Below are positions 12,480 through 24,520 of a stretch of DNA of 64,000 nucleotides, piece after piece. Both the position numbers and the translations under genes were made by a program. The stretch is from NCBI GenBank assembly GCA_964016885.1, contig OZ024740.1, positions 71,176,001 through 71,240,000 of the forward strand. The letters run 5' to 3'. Origin of the DNA: Eledone cirrhosa (taxonomy: Eukaryota). Every line of letters starts with the position of its first letter. The first letter of the stretch is position 1. The notes below the pieces were generated by a model. It was not told the origin of the DNA and ran no database searches. It saw only the letters and a list, made by a program, of their open reading frames with translations.

Positions 12480-13262
12480 GTTGAACTTCCTTCTCCTCAG
12501 AGGCTTTGCCACATTTGAGCTCTTTAATTGCTCTTATGATCACAGTCTCGAGAGGTTAGTCATCACTCCCAGATGTACATCAGAAGATGCTGTTGTATCC
12601 GGGTTTAGATCAGCAAAGTATTTTACGCAGCCCTCTGAAGAGAAGAGAACTCCAGGTGCATTCCTGATAGCTGGTGTGGAGGAGGACTTTTATTATGAAG
12701 TCGGGAGATGGTCTGCCAGAATATTTTATTCACTGATTTAAAGTCAAATTCCAGCTTATCCCCAAAGTCCTCCCATGTCTTAACTTTGGATGCCTTTACT
12801 CTCTCTGCTGTGACATTTTGAGCCTGCTTGTATAGCAAATGCAAGGAGGAGGACTTGTTTCCAAGCCAAGTTTTGTAAGCCTCCTTCTTTGCTCGGATGG
12901 TATCTTTGACCACTTGATTGAATTAAGAGGTCCTCCTGCCACTGAGTTGCACACAAAGCAGCATTTAACAGCCGAAGCAGAAACTACTGAACTGAAGTCT
13001 CCATTCAGTTTGTTCAGGGACTTCTCTGAATTTGGATGCAATCGTATCCGTATACCTAGTCATGACTTCCTAATGCACCAGCACTTCCCACTTTATACTG
13101 TAGGGTGAACTGAACCTGCCAGTTTTCTGGGCTCTCATAGCTGTAGGGAGTTGCAGATAACTAGATGGCGATCAGTTGACAGCTCAGCCCCTTTCTTGAC
13201 ACGAACATCCAGCACAGAATTGAAGAGACCAGAAACAATAAAATCAATTATTGACCTCTGTA
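12480..13262 (-). mobile_element. RTE/Expander-like LINE internal fragment (end of APE endonuclease plus linker)
   Basis: Minus strand reads QRSIIDFIVSGLFNSVLDVRVKKGAELSTDRHL, then VKDTIRAKKEAYKTWL...WEDFGDKLE...KIFWQTI. Confidence 0.78.
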
Positions 13263-13519
13263 AAACCATATATTTGTGAGATACAAACCTAAAACCATAT
13301 ATTAATGAGATGCAGACATTCAGCCTGTCTGGAAGATCAGTAGCCCCAATTCAGTACAGACTTGGTCTGTGAAGACTTGTTCAACCCTTGCTAGCAGGGA
13401 AGGTAGATGTTAAATGATAATGATGATGAGATTGAAAATTTAGCTTGCTTTTAGATGAGTCCAATGATATATCTACAAATAAATTGTTAGGAATTGTTAT
13501 CATACATTACAGTGAAAAT

Positions 13520-14720
13520 CGCAAATAAGTGATACATACATATCTTTCGAAACGGGACATATGGCATTGTAGATGCCTTAAAAACTGAATTATGAAGAAG
13601 AAATCAGACATTAAAAATCTGCTGGCTATAGGAACTGACAAAGCCAGGCAACATTGTAATGATAGGAGTCAACAAGATGTGTATCTCATTCTTTACAGTT
13701 TGAAAAATATTGAAAAATTTCTTAATCTTAAACCAAATCCAGGCTATGGGTTCAAAAGAAAGGTAACAGAAATGATGATCAAGAAGACTATAATAACCAC
13801 TGAAGAAAATAATATACATCAAAGAGCACATTTTTTACTCAGCCTTTATAAAGAGCTCAGGCAAGATTTGTCAGAAAACTTGAATATACTGAGGAATATC
13901 AAATGTTCTTTAGCAGAGAATACTTTGAGATATTTTGAGAACCAATTTTTCCTGTCTTAGAATCAATACATTTAAATGAAGGAAAAATTGCTTGAATCAG
14001 TTTAAGAGCATCTATTTAGTTAAATTGACAAATACAACAAATACTGAAGCATTCTGGTTAGAAGTTTTGAAATATAAAGATGCCACTGGAGGGAATCCTT
14101 TTCGAGCAAAATTTGCTATTAACCGGTAAACACCCACAAAATTATTAACCATCTCGCCAACAACAACCCTGAGCACCTTTTTGATTTCCATGTGTCTAAC
14201 ACATGTGGGCATGCCTACAAAGTCAGAAAACAGCACAGCTCCCATGACTTTCGGAAACATTTTTCACGCTCAGAGTTGCTGAAGCATGGAACAAACTACC
14301 TGCATCAGTTGTTAGCTGTCGAGGCACTGCATCCTTTAAAATCTCCATGCTTCCTGAAATTCGCCAACACTACACTTGATATCCACCCTCCATACACAGG
14401 CACACAAGTATTTCATGACTCATACACTATTCATTTTTCTGACATTTGAACATTATTCGATGTACTTTACATGCACCTTTGATGAGTTGTAGTGCACTTG
14501 AGCACAGTACACAATAATTTCATTATTATTATAAATATTGCCTAACTCAATGATGAAGTTGAACAGTTGTTCTGCAGTATGAATATAATCAAGTCAAAAC
14601 TCAGAAACAAAATGCAGTTTCCTATGCTTGAGTCTATACTTTGTGTAAAATATGGCAAATACTGCAAAAACTCTGATATTCTGAAACCTATATTCAATAA
14701 GGTTGGGGACCTTGAATGTA
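13520..14720 (+). pseudogene. Decayed hAT transposase, interrupted by a CR1 fragment
   Basis: DIKNLLAIGTD (first catalytic Asp region), FWLEVLKYKDATGGNPF, and the C-terminal dimerisation motif EVEQLFCSMNIIKSKLRNKM...LESIL; multiple frameshifts and stops. Confidence 0.75.
14122..14531 (+). mobile_element. CR1/L2-type LINE 3' end inserted in the hAT transposase
   Basis: TCGHAYKVRKQHSSHDFRKHF..LRVAEAWNKLP, (ATT)n tail. Confidence 0.8.
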
Positions 14721-15012
14721 TATAAAAATCAAGACTGCTGCTGAATGTGAACAAATCAGTGAAATGGCAGAAATAATTTCTCAATGTTGATGAAGATATA
14801 TTAAAAGAAATATAATTAAAAATCTTGTTATACTTGGGGAAGGTCATATTGTAATAATATTGCCAGAAATAATAACGGAACACACTCACTTTTTGGTTGG
14901 TTTTCGCTTCTGCATCTTTTATATCTCCATAGTTAATTCATCCGTCAATCAATCTCTATCATTGACTGACCAATGGTAAAAAATACAGATATAAAAACAT
15001 ATATATAGTCTA

Positions 15013-15053
15013 ACAAAGTTCTTTCGTTGCACAACTGCAACACCATCAGTGGT
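15013..15053 (-). ncRNA. Degenerate minimal hammerhead ribozyme at the 3' end of the Penelope-like element
   Basis: Minus strand CCA-CTGATGG-T-GTTGCA(GTTG)TGCAAC-GAAA-GAACTT-TG; core A9 changed to G. Confidence 0.5.
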
Positions 15054-15057
15054 ACAG

Positions 15058-15243
15058 TGAATTGGCAGTATCGGTAGAGGGTCGGACGCCATGCTTTCCA
15101 GCATAGTTATGTCCCTTTACGATCTGAGTTCATATCCAATCGAGGTTAACTTTTTCTTTCATCCTTACAGGGTCGATAAAATAAAGTACTAGTAATGTAC
15201 TGGATAATTGCTGGCCTTGTGCCAAAAGTAGAAACAACTATTA
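15058..15243 (+). mobile_element. tRNA-derived SINE with Nin/Deu-like domain (family B)
   Basis: ttggcagtatcggtagag...gagttc...ctttcatccttacagggtcgataaaataaagtac. Further copies at ~19825-19975, 26038-26226(-), 28575-28780(-), 29780-29970(-), 40338-40521, 40975-41400(-), 45260-45342, 53010-53200(-), 57955-58118, 59835-60025 and 63520-63740. Confidence 0.8.
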
Positions 15244-17893
15244 TGTTTCCTCTTGTTGTATTGTATGTCTACACCATTTTTATTTATCTGTATATTTATT
15301 TATTTATTTATTTTTGTCTTCTTCTCTGCGCATGCGTGTGTGTATAGTGTTTGGTGACTGTGTTTTGGTTATTGTATTCTATCTTAGTTTATTAGTGTGT
15401 GTTTATATGTGTTTGTTGTTATTGTGCTTGTGTACATATTTATTTATTTATTTATTTATTTATATTTCTCTTAAGTTAGTATTGTTTGTTTGGGTGTTGT
15501 TATTCCATTCATTTTTTTCTGTTTAGCTTTGGCTTTCTAAGCTCTATTTCGCTTGCTTCTCTGATTTTCCTACCTGCTGGGTCATTTCTATGTTTAGATA
15601 TTATTTTAATTTCTATGTTGTCTATGTTGCCGTCATGTTGTTGTCTAGCGTGTTCGTATAGTACTGAACCGTTTTTTTGTCCTTTTAATTCCCCCCAGTG
15701 TTGGTCTATTCTTTCTCCTATGCTTCGAGCTGTCTCGCCTATGTATGTTGTTGTCATGTTTCTGCGAGTACCCTCTGTACATCTTATGCTATAGACTATA
15801 TTTCTAGTTTTACAGTTTATCTGGGGGTTTACTTTACATATAACACATTTCTTATTAGTACAGTGGGTTTTCTTAAAAGGGTATGTTTTGCTGATCAGGA
15901 ATTTTATGGTAGTTCCTGGCTTTTCTACCACTTTAATCTTTAAGTGGGTCTTTCTCAGGGCCTTTCTACATTGGTTAGCTAATTTCCCTCCAGGGGTAGC
16001 GTCCACGAGTCGTACCATGAGGTGGCTTTCCCTATCTTATGTTTAGTCCTATCTAAGCTATTCCAAGATTTGCTCCTGCATAATAGGTAAATTCCTTTCA
16101 CGTCCAGTTCTATGAGGGTCTTATACTTCTCCGTGGCTCCTTTGTATACTCTGATTCTGTCTCTTTGTAGCCAGAGAACTGCATGCGATTGATAAAGTGT
16201 TGGATGTGTCTTTCCATTTCTGTTGGGTCGCACATTCGGGACACATTCTTCATCACTCATACCAAGTCTGCGATCAGAATATTAAACTTAGCACTACTGG
16301 ACATTGCTGAGTTTTTGAGTATCAGGTATTTGGAGGCCATGGGTTTAGTGTAGTGTGAGTGGCGAATTTGAGCCCTCTCGTCTATAGTGTTAATCCAGAG
16401 TTCCGTGTCTAATACAGGTACTCTATTGTTAGGGTGTTTGGAAGGGTAGTCAATAGTTACAGTTATACTCTGGTATATGGAGTTAGCTATCTGCTGGATG
16501 CTTTCCATTGTGCTATATTCTAAATCATATTCGTTAGTACTCTCTTGTGGGGGTGTCCTTATTACTATATTAATATCGTCTACGTAGAGAGACGGCTGAA
16601 CGCTTTCCACCAGTGGTGCCTGCGAAAGATCCTTCGTGTGTCCTGGCGCGACCGAGTGCAAAATGAGGAGATCATGCGGAGAGCCGAGTCGTGGATGCTA
16701 CAGAGAGTGGTCACTACAGAGAGTGGTCACGGAGCGTCGGTGCCGTCTGGCTGGCCATATTCTGTGTCTGCCAAATGAACGGCATTTGAAAACAGCGATG
16801 AACTGGACTCCGCCTGGCGGTAAACAGAGGTGGGGTTGCCCAAAGATCACCTGGCGACGAACGTTCCGGAAGGACCTGATGGCAGCTAGCATCACCTGGC
16901 ACGGTCTCGAAAAAGTTGCCGCTGATCGTGCCCGTTGGCGAGTATTTACTGCTCGATGTGCCGGACGGCGCGGAAGAATCTAAGACTAAGACGTAACGAG
17001 AGTACATGATAAGGTCTATGGAGCTCTCTTCAAGGAGATCTTTGAGTCTCTTTTCCCACCATACCATAAAAAGGTTGGCAAAATCACCAGCTATGCTGAC
17101 ACCAATGGCTGCTGCCTCATTTTGGGTGTAGATCTTTTCGTTTGAATATATGGCCCTTTAGAGTAGTTTTAATACTAGCCCCTATTTCATGCGTGACCAT
17201 TTTTCTTACCTGATCATTGTTTTTGGGTGTCCGTATGGCTTTGGTCCACCCAATCCACCTTCCCATGGGAGTCTTTTTTGCCATTGAGGTTATGGTGGTG
17301 GTGGGAGGGGGGTCTACTTCTTATGGGTCTACTAGGGCAGAAACGGCTAAGGTCATGGCTGTCTAGGTACTCGGTGTCATAGGTAAGTCTAAGTAGGAGG
17401 CCCAGTTCATCTGTGTCGGCGTCGCAGAACTCCACCTCACTCTCACTGATTATCTCCACACATTTTTCCACAGAAAAATTAATGTTAATGGATGGGTATA
17501 GTGATACCACATCCATACTGGCTATTATGCAGTTAGATAGGTTTTTGTTTTTGTTGCACTCATTGATTCTGCTAAGGGCGTCCTCTGTACTGTCACACAT
17601 ACATCTGGGGACATCTTGATTATGGGGCGTATAACCATTGAGAAGAAGTAGAAGATCCTGTAGTTGCTAGCGAAATTGGCTCCGCATACAGGTCTTGTTG
17701 GTAGTCCTGTCGTCGGGTCGTCGACTGTCTTATGGTCTTTGCGGAGCCCATATAAGGGCGGTATGTCATTGTTAGACGCCTGGAAGTTGTTGCCAGTGCG
17801 TCTGCTTGGCTTTAGGATGTCAGTCCACATCATCATGTGAACGTTGAGGATCTTCTCTCTCCCCTCATGTGTTTGTTGTGTAATTTCGCCCGT
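15244..17893 (-). mobile_element. Penelope-like element (RT plus GIY-YIG endonuclease), decayed and 5'-truncated
   Basis: PPLYGLRKDHK...TRPV, IASMDVVSLYPSI, YSRYVDD, VPVLDTEL, HYTKP; GIY-YIG domain NIVYSIRC...YIGETARSIGERIDQH...EASEI...KPKLN with Cys/His Zn-binding residues; several frameshifts. Confidence 0.92.
16587..16990 (+). mobile_element. RTE 3' fragment (different, GC-richer family) inserted in the PLE
   Basis: RRLNAFHQWCLRKILRVSWRDRVQNEEI...RLAGHILCLP...TWRRT; tail (CTAAGA)n; TSD ACGTA at 16582-16586 and 16991-16995. Confidence 0.88.
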
Positions 17894-17979
17894 GTTAAAA
17901 ATCAAGCTTTTTAATATAATTGGCATTTCTTCAATTACTATTTTATGTTGGCAATACTGAAGTCGCATTTATAAAGCAA

Positions 17980-18236
17980 ATAGACGACGAACTCTCATAA
18001 AAGAAGTGTTCTGATTGGTCGACGCAATCACTTAATTGAATCAATAGTATGGATAATTGTGAATATTGTAGAAATGTTGGATGTAAATGCGGTGTAATTA
18101 GCTACTTAGGCTAACGTGTGTATCTCGGCATAGATTGTGTCGATCTTGTTGTTAATGTAGTGGATATTATCGTGTAAATACTATAAAATAGTTTGTTCTT
18201 ATTTAAAAAACGGCTCGCTGTAAATATTTACCTGCA
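17980..18236 (+). promoter_or_regulatory. Putative promoter/5' region of gene 2
   Basis: Locally CpG-enriched unique sequence with an inverted CCAAT box (ctgattggtc ~18011) upstream of the signal-peptide exon. Confidence 0.35.
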
Positions 18237-18330
18237 ATGGCATCTCACATCATCATCTTCACTTTATTAACTCTATCTCCGTCATATGGATTGAATGTTG
18301 GCACTAAGAAACTTTTACAAAACTTTGGAG
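18237..18330 (+). CDS. Gene 2 first coding exon, signal peptide: MASHIIIFTLLTLSPSYG|LNVGTKKLLQNFG
   Basis: gcaATGG Kozak context, upstream in-frame stop, hydrophobic h-region and S-Y-G cleavage site, donor G|gtcagt, phase 1 matching the 39440 exon. Confidence 0.62.
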
Positions 18331-18599
18331 GTCAGTCGAACTATTTTTAATTTCTAATTTCATTTTTTAAGCATATTACTCCCGTTTATTGTTTCCATAA
18401 TATATTCACACACTCACACTCATATATGTTGATGGTCTCGAACGAAAGACGGAGCACTCAATACGTGTGGAGGATTGGTAATGGATAGATTGTTATTTAA
18501 TAGTTATTTATTAAGCATGTTATAAATAATACGTGATTCAGATGGACAATATACTAGCTGTATTGTTATATATACATACATACATACACCCACACATAT

Positions 18600-18745
18600 A
18601 TCATGTTTAATATAGAAATGGCATCTACATGACTAGAACTGTTTCATTCAAATGAAATCATTAGGAAAGTCTTCAATTTCCTGATGATTTCTTTCGACTG
18701 AAATAGTTCTAGTCCTGTAGAAGCGATTTCTATATTAAACATGAT
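18600..18745. repeat. ~146-bp imperfect palindrome (foldback/MITE-like)
   Basis: atcatgtttaatatagaaat ... atttctatattaaacatgat with complementary arms through to the centre. Confidence 0.85.
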
Positions 18746-18798
18746 GGTTACACTCTATTAATGTATTGAGTACGTTACTTACCATTGGACCCGGGACT

Positions 18799-18830
<32 letters not shown>

Positions 18831-19186
18831 CAAACAATTTGTTGAAAATATGTATGTACTTTATCAGTAAGAGTTATGTTTTGACTATTAACTATTTATA
18901 TTTTTACGTGCGTGTGTGGATAGCCTACCTACTGACAATATATACAAAGAAGATGAGATCGAACGTAAAGCCACTCATATTTATTGCAACATAATTAGAC
19001 AATCCAGTTCCTAGATAATTAAAAAAAGATGGGATTAAGGACTTTAATCATAGGTTTTCACAATTACGTCTAATCTGAGGCTTAGCAAGAATAACGTACG
19101 AATCTTTACATGATCTGCTAGAAATACCAACACCTTAGCCACTTAATCTAAAAGATTCATTAGACAATTGGATTAGGTAAATTTTT

Positions 19187-19412
19187 ACTATTACACCCAT
19201 CCATCTAATTGGTATAATAATAAAATTCTATCAATTTTAAAGATAGTTTGTTGACAGGTTTGATTAGAATTTTGAAAATGAAACATGTTTTTCCTGTGAT
19301 TTTTTTTAATGTGTTTTGAACGAATATGGCCTTCAAAATCGTCATAAATTACTCGTTTTCTGTAGTTTCCCCTCCCGAACTCTATAAACACCCGTCTCGG
19401 TGACGGGTGTAA
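19187..19412 (-). mobile_element. HINE/DINE-1-like (Helentron-type) non-autonomous element
   Basis: Sub-terminal inverted repeats ttacacccatc (19191) / gacgggtgtaa (19402); one is part of the hairpin acacccgtc-tcggt-gacgggtgt. Confidence 0.55.
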
Positions 19413-22198
19413 AGATACAAATTTACCTTAGTTCGGGTTGGTCTATCGCAGAAAAACATAAATCTGTGTAGTAGATGATCATGTTTGGAATCGCTAACAT
19501 TAACGATGACGCCTCTGCGTTTGGGCGATGTGTTAGAAATAACAGCCAGATCTTTGCAAAATCACACCATACTGTTTTAAATAAAGAAGGCTACATTGAA
19601 TAGTATATTCATAGTCAATGATATACGGAAAGCCAAGATGATCACTGTTGCAACCTCTTTGATAATAGGTCTGTTCAATCAAGGTTGACTTAAGGCGAAA
19701 CACCACAAGCATACAGCATCTGTTATTTATGTAATTGACTCATACCGACACAGGTTTCCTCGAAATCTTGTAACTAACTATGCTACAGAAATCTGACAAG
19801 AATTTATTCTAGTTCCATTATTTTACAGGTTTCTGTTCAAATCCCGCCGAGATTAGTTTTCCTTTCCTTACGGAGTCGATAAAATAAAGCACCTTTAATC
19901 CACTGGGGTCGATTTAATCGACTTTCTCCTTCCCCCAAATTGCTGGCCTTGTGCCTATAATAGAAATTATTATTGTACTGGTTTCTGTCATTGGGCTGTG
20001 GCCATGTTGGGTCCCCTTGTCTTTAAAGATATAGTCGATCCTTGTCACACCGAATCTCATGGAAAATTGCGTTAAGTGTGCACGTGCCTGTGAAGTGGTC
20101 AGCGACTTGCACGTTAATTTCATGAGCAGATTGTTCAGTTGATCGAACACCAGGAACACTCGTAACGGAAGCCGACGAAGGTCCAACAAGCTGTGTTTTA
20201 TAGGCTAATGCTAAATATTAGTTTACAACAGTGACACAGTTGCACATATCATTTAGTCACGTAGTCGCTTGACCTGTTAGAAATAGCAGCCAAATCCTTA
20301 AAATACCTAATGTAGTCCTCAGCTAATCTATTTCGATTAATTTTGAAAGCATTTAAATATTTCGAGGAATTTAGTAAAATAACCAGCTTTTTCATTTGTA
20401 AACTGACGTTTGGAACAATATTTAACAAAATATGATGGAAAATTTTAATATAAATATGAACATTTTGACCATAGGCCTGGGAATAAAAGAAAACTAGGTT
20501 GTCAATATAAAGGGATGTCACTAAGTATAGTAATGGTATTTTGGTCGGCGCTCTACTGATTTTTCTCATAATGGTGTTTAAGATTAAAAACAATGGTAAG
20601 CTATAGTTCTTTTCGCAAGATTCTTGCTGTGATATTGTATTGAAATATATGTTTTACTTTGGGATGGTCATTCTCTCAATAAAAACGTACACATTAGATG
20701 TGGTTCGTTTTTTATTTTTATTGTTCAATAATTAATTGTCAAAATCTTTCACCACACAACTACGACTTTTTGAAGGATTTCTCCTGTAACTTTCTTTTTT
20801 TTTTTCCTTATTGCGTCTGTGGTATTTATATATATTTAAATATGTGTGACTATGTACCTATTGTGTTCCTGCGTTTGTATGTGGCATGTGTGTGTATGTA
20901 GTTAGGGCTGTTGTGCTCTGTGTGTTTATGGTGGTGAGCATTGGTGTGTATGTGTGGCTTGGTTTCGGTAATTTAAAGTAGAAAGTCATTTGGTCACATT
21001 TCTGGCAATAACAAGTCGTTTGTTATTGGTTAGTGATGAGATCAGGCTTCATGGTTGAATAAAATGTTGGTTTCAGCCATACACGGCAAAACCATACTCA
21101 TTAGACTGTATTTCCCAGTGATCATCATCATCACCCTTTAATGTCCATTTTTCCAAGCTGGCATGGGTTAGACGAGTTATCCTATTGTGAGCAATGCTAG
21201 GTCAGATGATCATGTCATGCTCATACAGAACCGATTTTGGCTTGTTTTCTACAGCTAGATACCCTTCCTATCGCCGACCTCAATTATTGAGTACTGAGTA
21301 CAGTGTAGACTGGGTGCCCTTTGTCGTGTCGCCATCACAACCACTTTACAGTGTATGCTGGAGGCTTCACTGAATGTATGTATGGGAGTGGGGGGATGGG
21401 GTGGTACATATTATACACACACACACGTGTGTGTATGGCCAAATGGTTAAAGAGTTTGCTTTGTGATCATTAGGTTCTGGTTTCAATCTCAGTGTTACAT
21501 CTTAAGCAAGTGTCATTTTCCATAGTTTCGTGCAAATGTTTGGAAGCCCATTGAATGAATTGTGATTGTAATTAATAGGGTCAGATTTGTCACACACTGT
21601 CATGATGACTCTCCCCCTTAATTACGTTAAGGGTACACGCATTTGTGGTATATGGGTGCTTTTTGCCATGGCAGCTACATGACCACTTTACTGTGAGGGC
21701 TGGGCGCTTTTTGCCATGACACCTACATGACCATTTTACAATGTGGTACATATTTCAATGGTGATCGTGGTTATGTGATGCTTCAATCATGCAACCAGTA
21801 ATGCTACCTCATCAGACAGCAATAAGGTTATGTTTCCAATACAAAACAAGCTAAAAAACAAAGGAACAGACCAATATGGTGTTTACACTACTGAGGTCCA
21901 TTCTCTTGTGAACTTTAGTTCCACTCTACAATCATGCGCAGACGTGGAGATGGATGATTGATTGACTTTCACCCCTCTCCCCCACTCCCATAAGTAGTTA
22001 GAACCATTGGGACAAGCCTATCGGACACATCAACCCCCACCTCCTTCGTGGGTAGTGAGATATTATAGTCACAGAGTTTAATTCAGCTAAAGATATTTTA
22101 TTTTATTAGTGGGTTCTAGTCCAACAGTTGCCAATAATATTGGATTAGAATTCTAGTAGTGGCATGTATATCTGTGCCTCTCCCACTATAGTCTAGTG

Positions 22199-23204
22199 CA
22201 TAGGTTCTCAACCTTTTGGGGGCACCGCCCACCCTCACAGCCGCGTAATACCCTCACCCTATTTCCGGTGAGATCTGCCTACACGCAAATTGTAAATAAT
22301 ATATAATAAATAAAATCCTTATTTCATATATCATCATCATCATCATCATCAACGTTTAACGTCCGTGTTCCACGCTTGCATGGGTTTGGACGGGGGTAGT
22401 CCCACTTGAGGCAAGAGTGATTGTCTTGCTCGCATAGGACTGTCTGGCAGGTTTTCTACAGTTGGATGCCCTTCCTAACACCAACCACATTTACAGTGTG
22501 GGTCTGGGAGGTTTTTACCGTGTTGCCTACACGGCCACATTACAGCGTGGACTGTGTGTTTTTTTGTCGTGACACCTACACGATCTCATTTGTTTCGGCC
22601 TCGATGGCGCGGCACCAACATAACTTTACATAGAACGGGGTGGTGTGGATCGGGTGGGGGTGGTGGGACGGGGTGTATTTGTTAGAGATGCCTACTGGCT
22701 GGAGTAGGTTTTACTATATATTTAGGTAAGGCGGGTCTTCTCTGTTACTGAGTACCGCCAAAGGTCTCGGTCCAGTGACATTGTCTTGGAGAGGTGTAAG
22801 TGTGTGATGTCGGAGTTTATCAGCTCGTCCCAGGTTTTTCTAGGTCTGCCTATTCCGTGACTACCGTCTATCTTTATTGCCCTGCACTTTGTTATACAGC
22901 TATCGACTTTCATGCGCATCACGTGTCCATACCAACGTAGCCTTCTCTCGAGTAAACAACATCTGATCCCTCTTATCTCTAATTTATTCCTTAGTTCGTT
23001 TATGCTTTGCCGTATAATAAATAATATAATATATATTATGTATAAATAAATATTATATATTTTTTTTATTTTACCATATTTAAATATGATATTCAATATA
23101 CTATTATATCATCTCTACTGTGCCTCCACCACCACCTTAAGCCCCAGCGCCCCCTGGACCTTCTCAACGCCAGAGGGCAGTAGCCCCCACTTTCAGAACT
23201 TCTG
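22199..23204. mobile_element. hAT-like MITE carrying an RTE insertion
   Basis: TIRs cataggttctcaa / ttcagaacttctg, 8-bp TSD gtctagtg / gtcaagtg; homologous to 62022-62817. Confidence 0.8.
22331..23012 (-). mobile_element. 5'-truncated RTE copy (same subfamily as 1-1654)
   Basis: RQSINELRNKLEIRGIRCC...EKTRLT*, then the UTR and the (GAT)n tail, which reads (CAT)n on the + strand. Confidence 0.93.
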
Positions 23205-23379
23205 GTCAAGTGGGACAACTTATGTCATCACACTAACTGCAAATGCTTATATGGATGAAGGAATTCGATGAATAAATAAATAGGAAAATAGATAAATTAA
23301 TGTTAAGGGGCTAGAAATTAGAATTCAACATTAAAAATTACTGATTAAAAGCTAAAAAATAAAAATTAAGTAAGGCCCT

Positions 23380-24520
23380 TATAAGTAGACGAGAAAACAG
23401 AACCCAGATCCCCTCAGGGAAATGGCCTTGCTCAGTATGTAGGAAAGGTGTAGGTAGGAACTCCATTCTTTGCCCCAAATGCAAACAATGGGTACACAAG
23501 AGATGTAGCGGGATCTCAGGAAGCTTAATTAAGAATGTAGGATTCACATGCAGCAGCTGTGCTGAAACAGCAAGCAAACAGCCACAGGAAACAAGTACCA
23601 CCAATCTCTGGGAGGGCCCTGTAGAAACAGTAGACAGCTTCTGCTACCTAGGTGACCGAATTAGCAACGGAGGTGGGTGCTCAGAAAGTACAATAACTAG
23701 GGTAAGAACGGGATGGAAGAAGTTTAGGGAACTACTACCACTGCTAGCTGCAAAAGGCTTCTCCCTCAGAATGAAAGGCAGACTGTATGATGCGTGTATC
23801 CGAACAGCGATGTTGCATGGTAGTGAGACCTGGGCGCTGAAGGTGGAAGACTTACGTAGATTAGAGAGAAACGAAGCCTGCATGCTCCGATGGATGTGTA
23901 ACAGTAATATACGTGAACGACAAAGCATAAATGAATTGAGAGAGAGACTGAGCATAAGAGGAATCAAATGCTGCGTGCAGGAGAGGCGGTTACGCTGGTA
24001 TGGACATGTGATGCGTATGAAGGATGACAGCTGCATAAAAAGGTGCAGAGCACTAGAAGTTGATGGAAACCGCGGAGTGGGGAGACCCAAGATGACTTGG
24101 GATGAGGTGATAAAAGCCGACCTTACCCAACTACACCTCTCAAAGTCAATGACACACGACCGTGACTTCTGGCGTCACGCAGTAATACAGGGTACCCGAC
24201 CTCCCATGGGTACATGCTGAAGCATATAAACAATATGCCCCCCCCCCCCCCACCGCAAGGTGGCCGTGGAGGTGCCACGGCAAAAAAGCACCCAGCCCAC
24301 ACTGTAAAGTGGACGTGTAGGCGCCACGAAAAAGCACCCAGCACTCACTGTAAATGAGGTTGGTGTTAGGAAGGGCATCCAGCTGTAGAAATCAAGCCAG
24401 ATCAGTTCCTGTATGAGCAAGGCATGGTCAGCCGACCAGACACTGCCCACAACAGGACAACCCGTCTAACCCATGCTAGCGTGGAAGAACGGACGTAAAA
24501 CGGTGATGATGATGATGATG
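23380..24520 (+). mobile_element. 5'-truncated RTE copy, second subfamily
   Basis: PSGKWPCSVCRKGVGRNSILCPKC..., MKGRLYDACIRTAMLHGSETW...RRLRWYGHVMRM; (GAT)n tail at ~24505-24520. Confidence 0.92.

Noticed and set aside
19425-19530. Possible minus-strand first exon with a gtaaat donor
   Set aside because: Short ORF with no recognisable product and no compatible downstream exon found.
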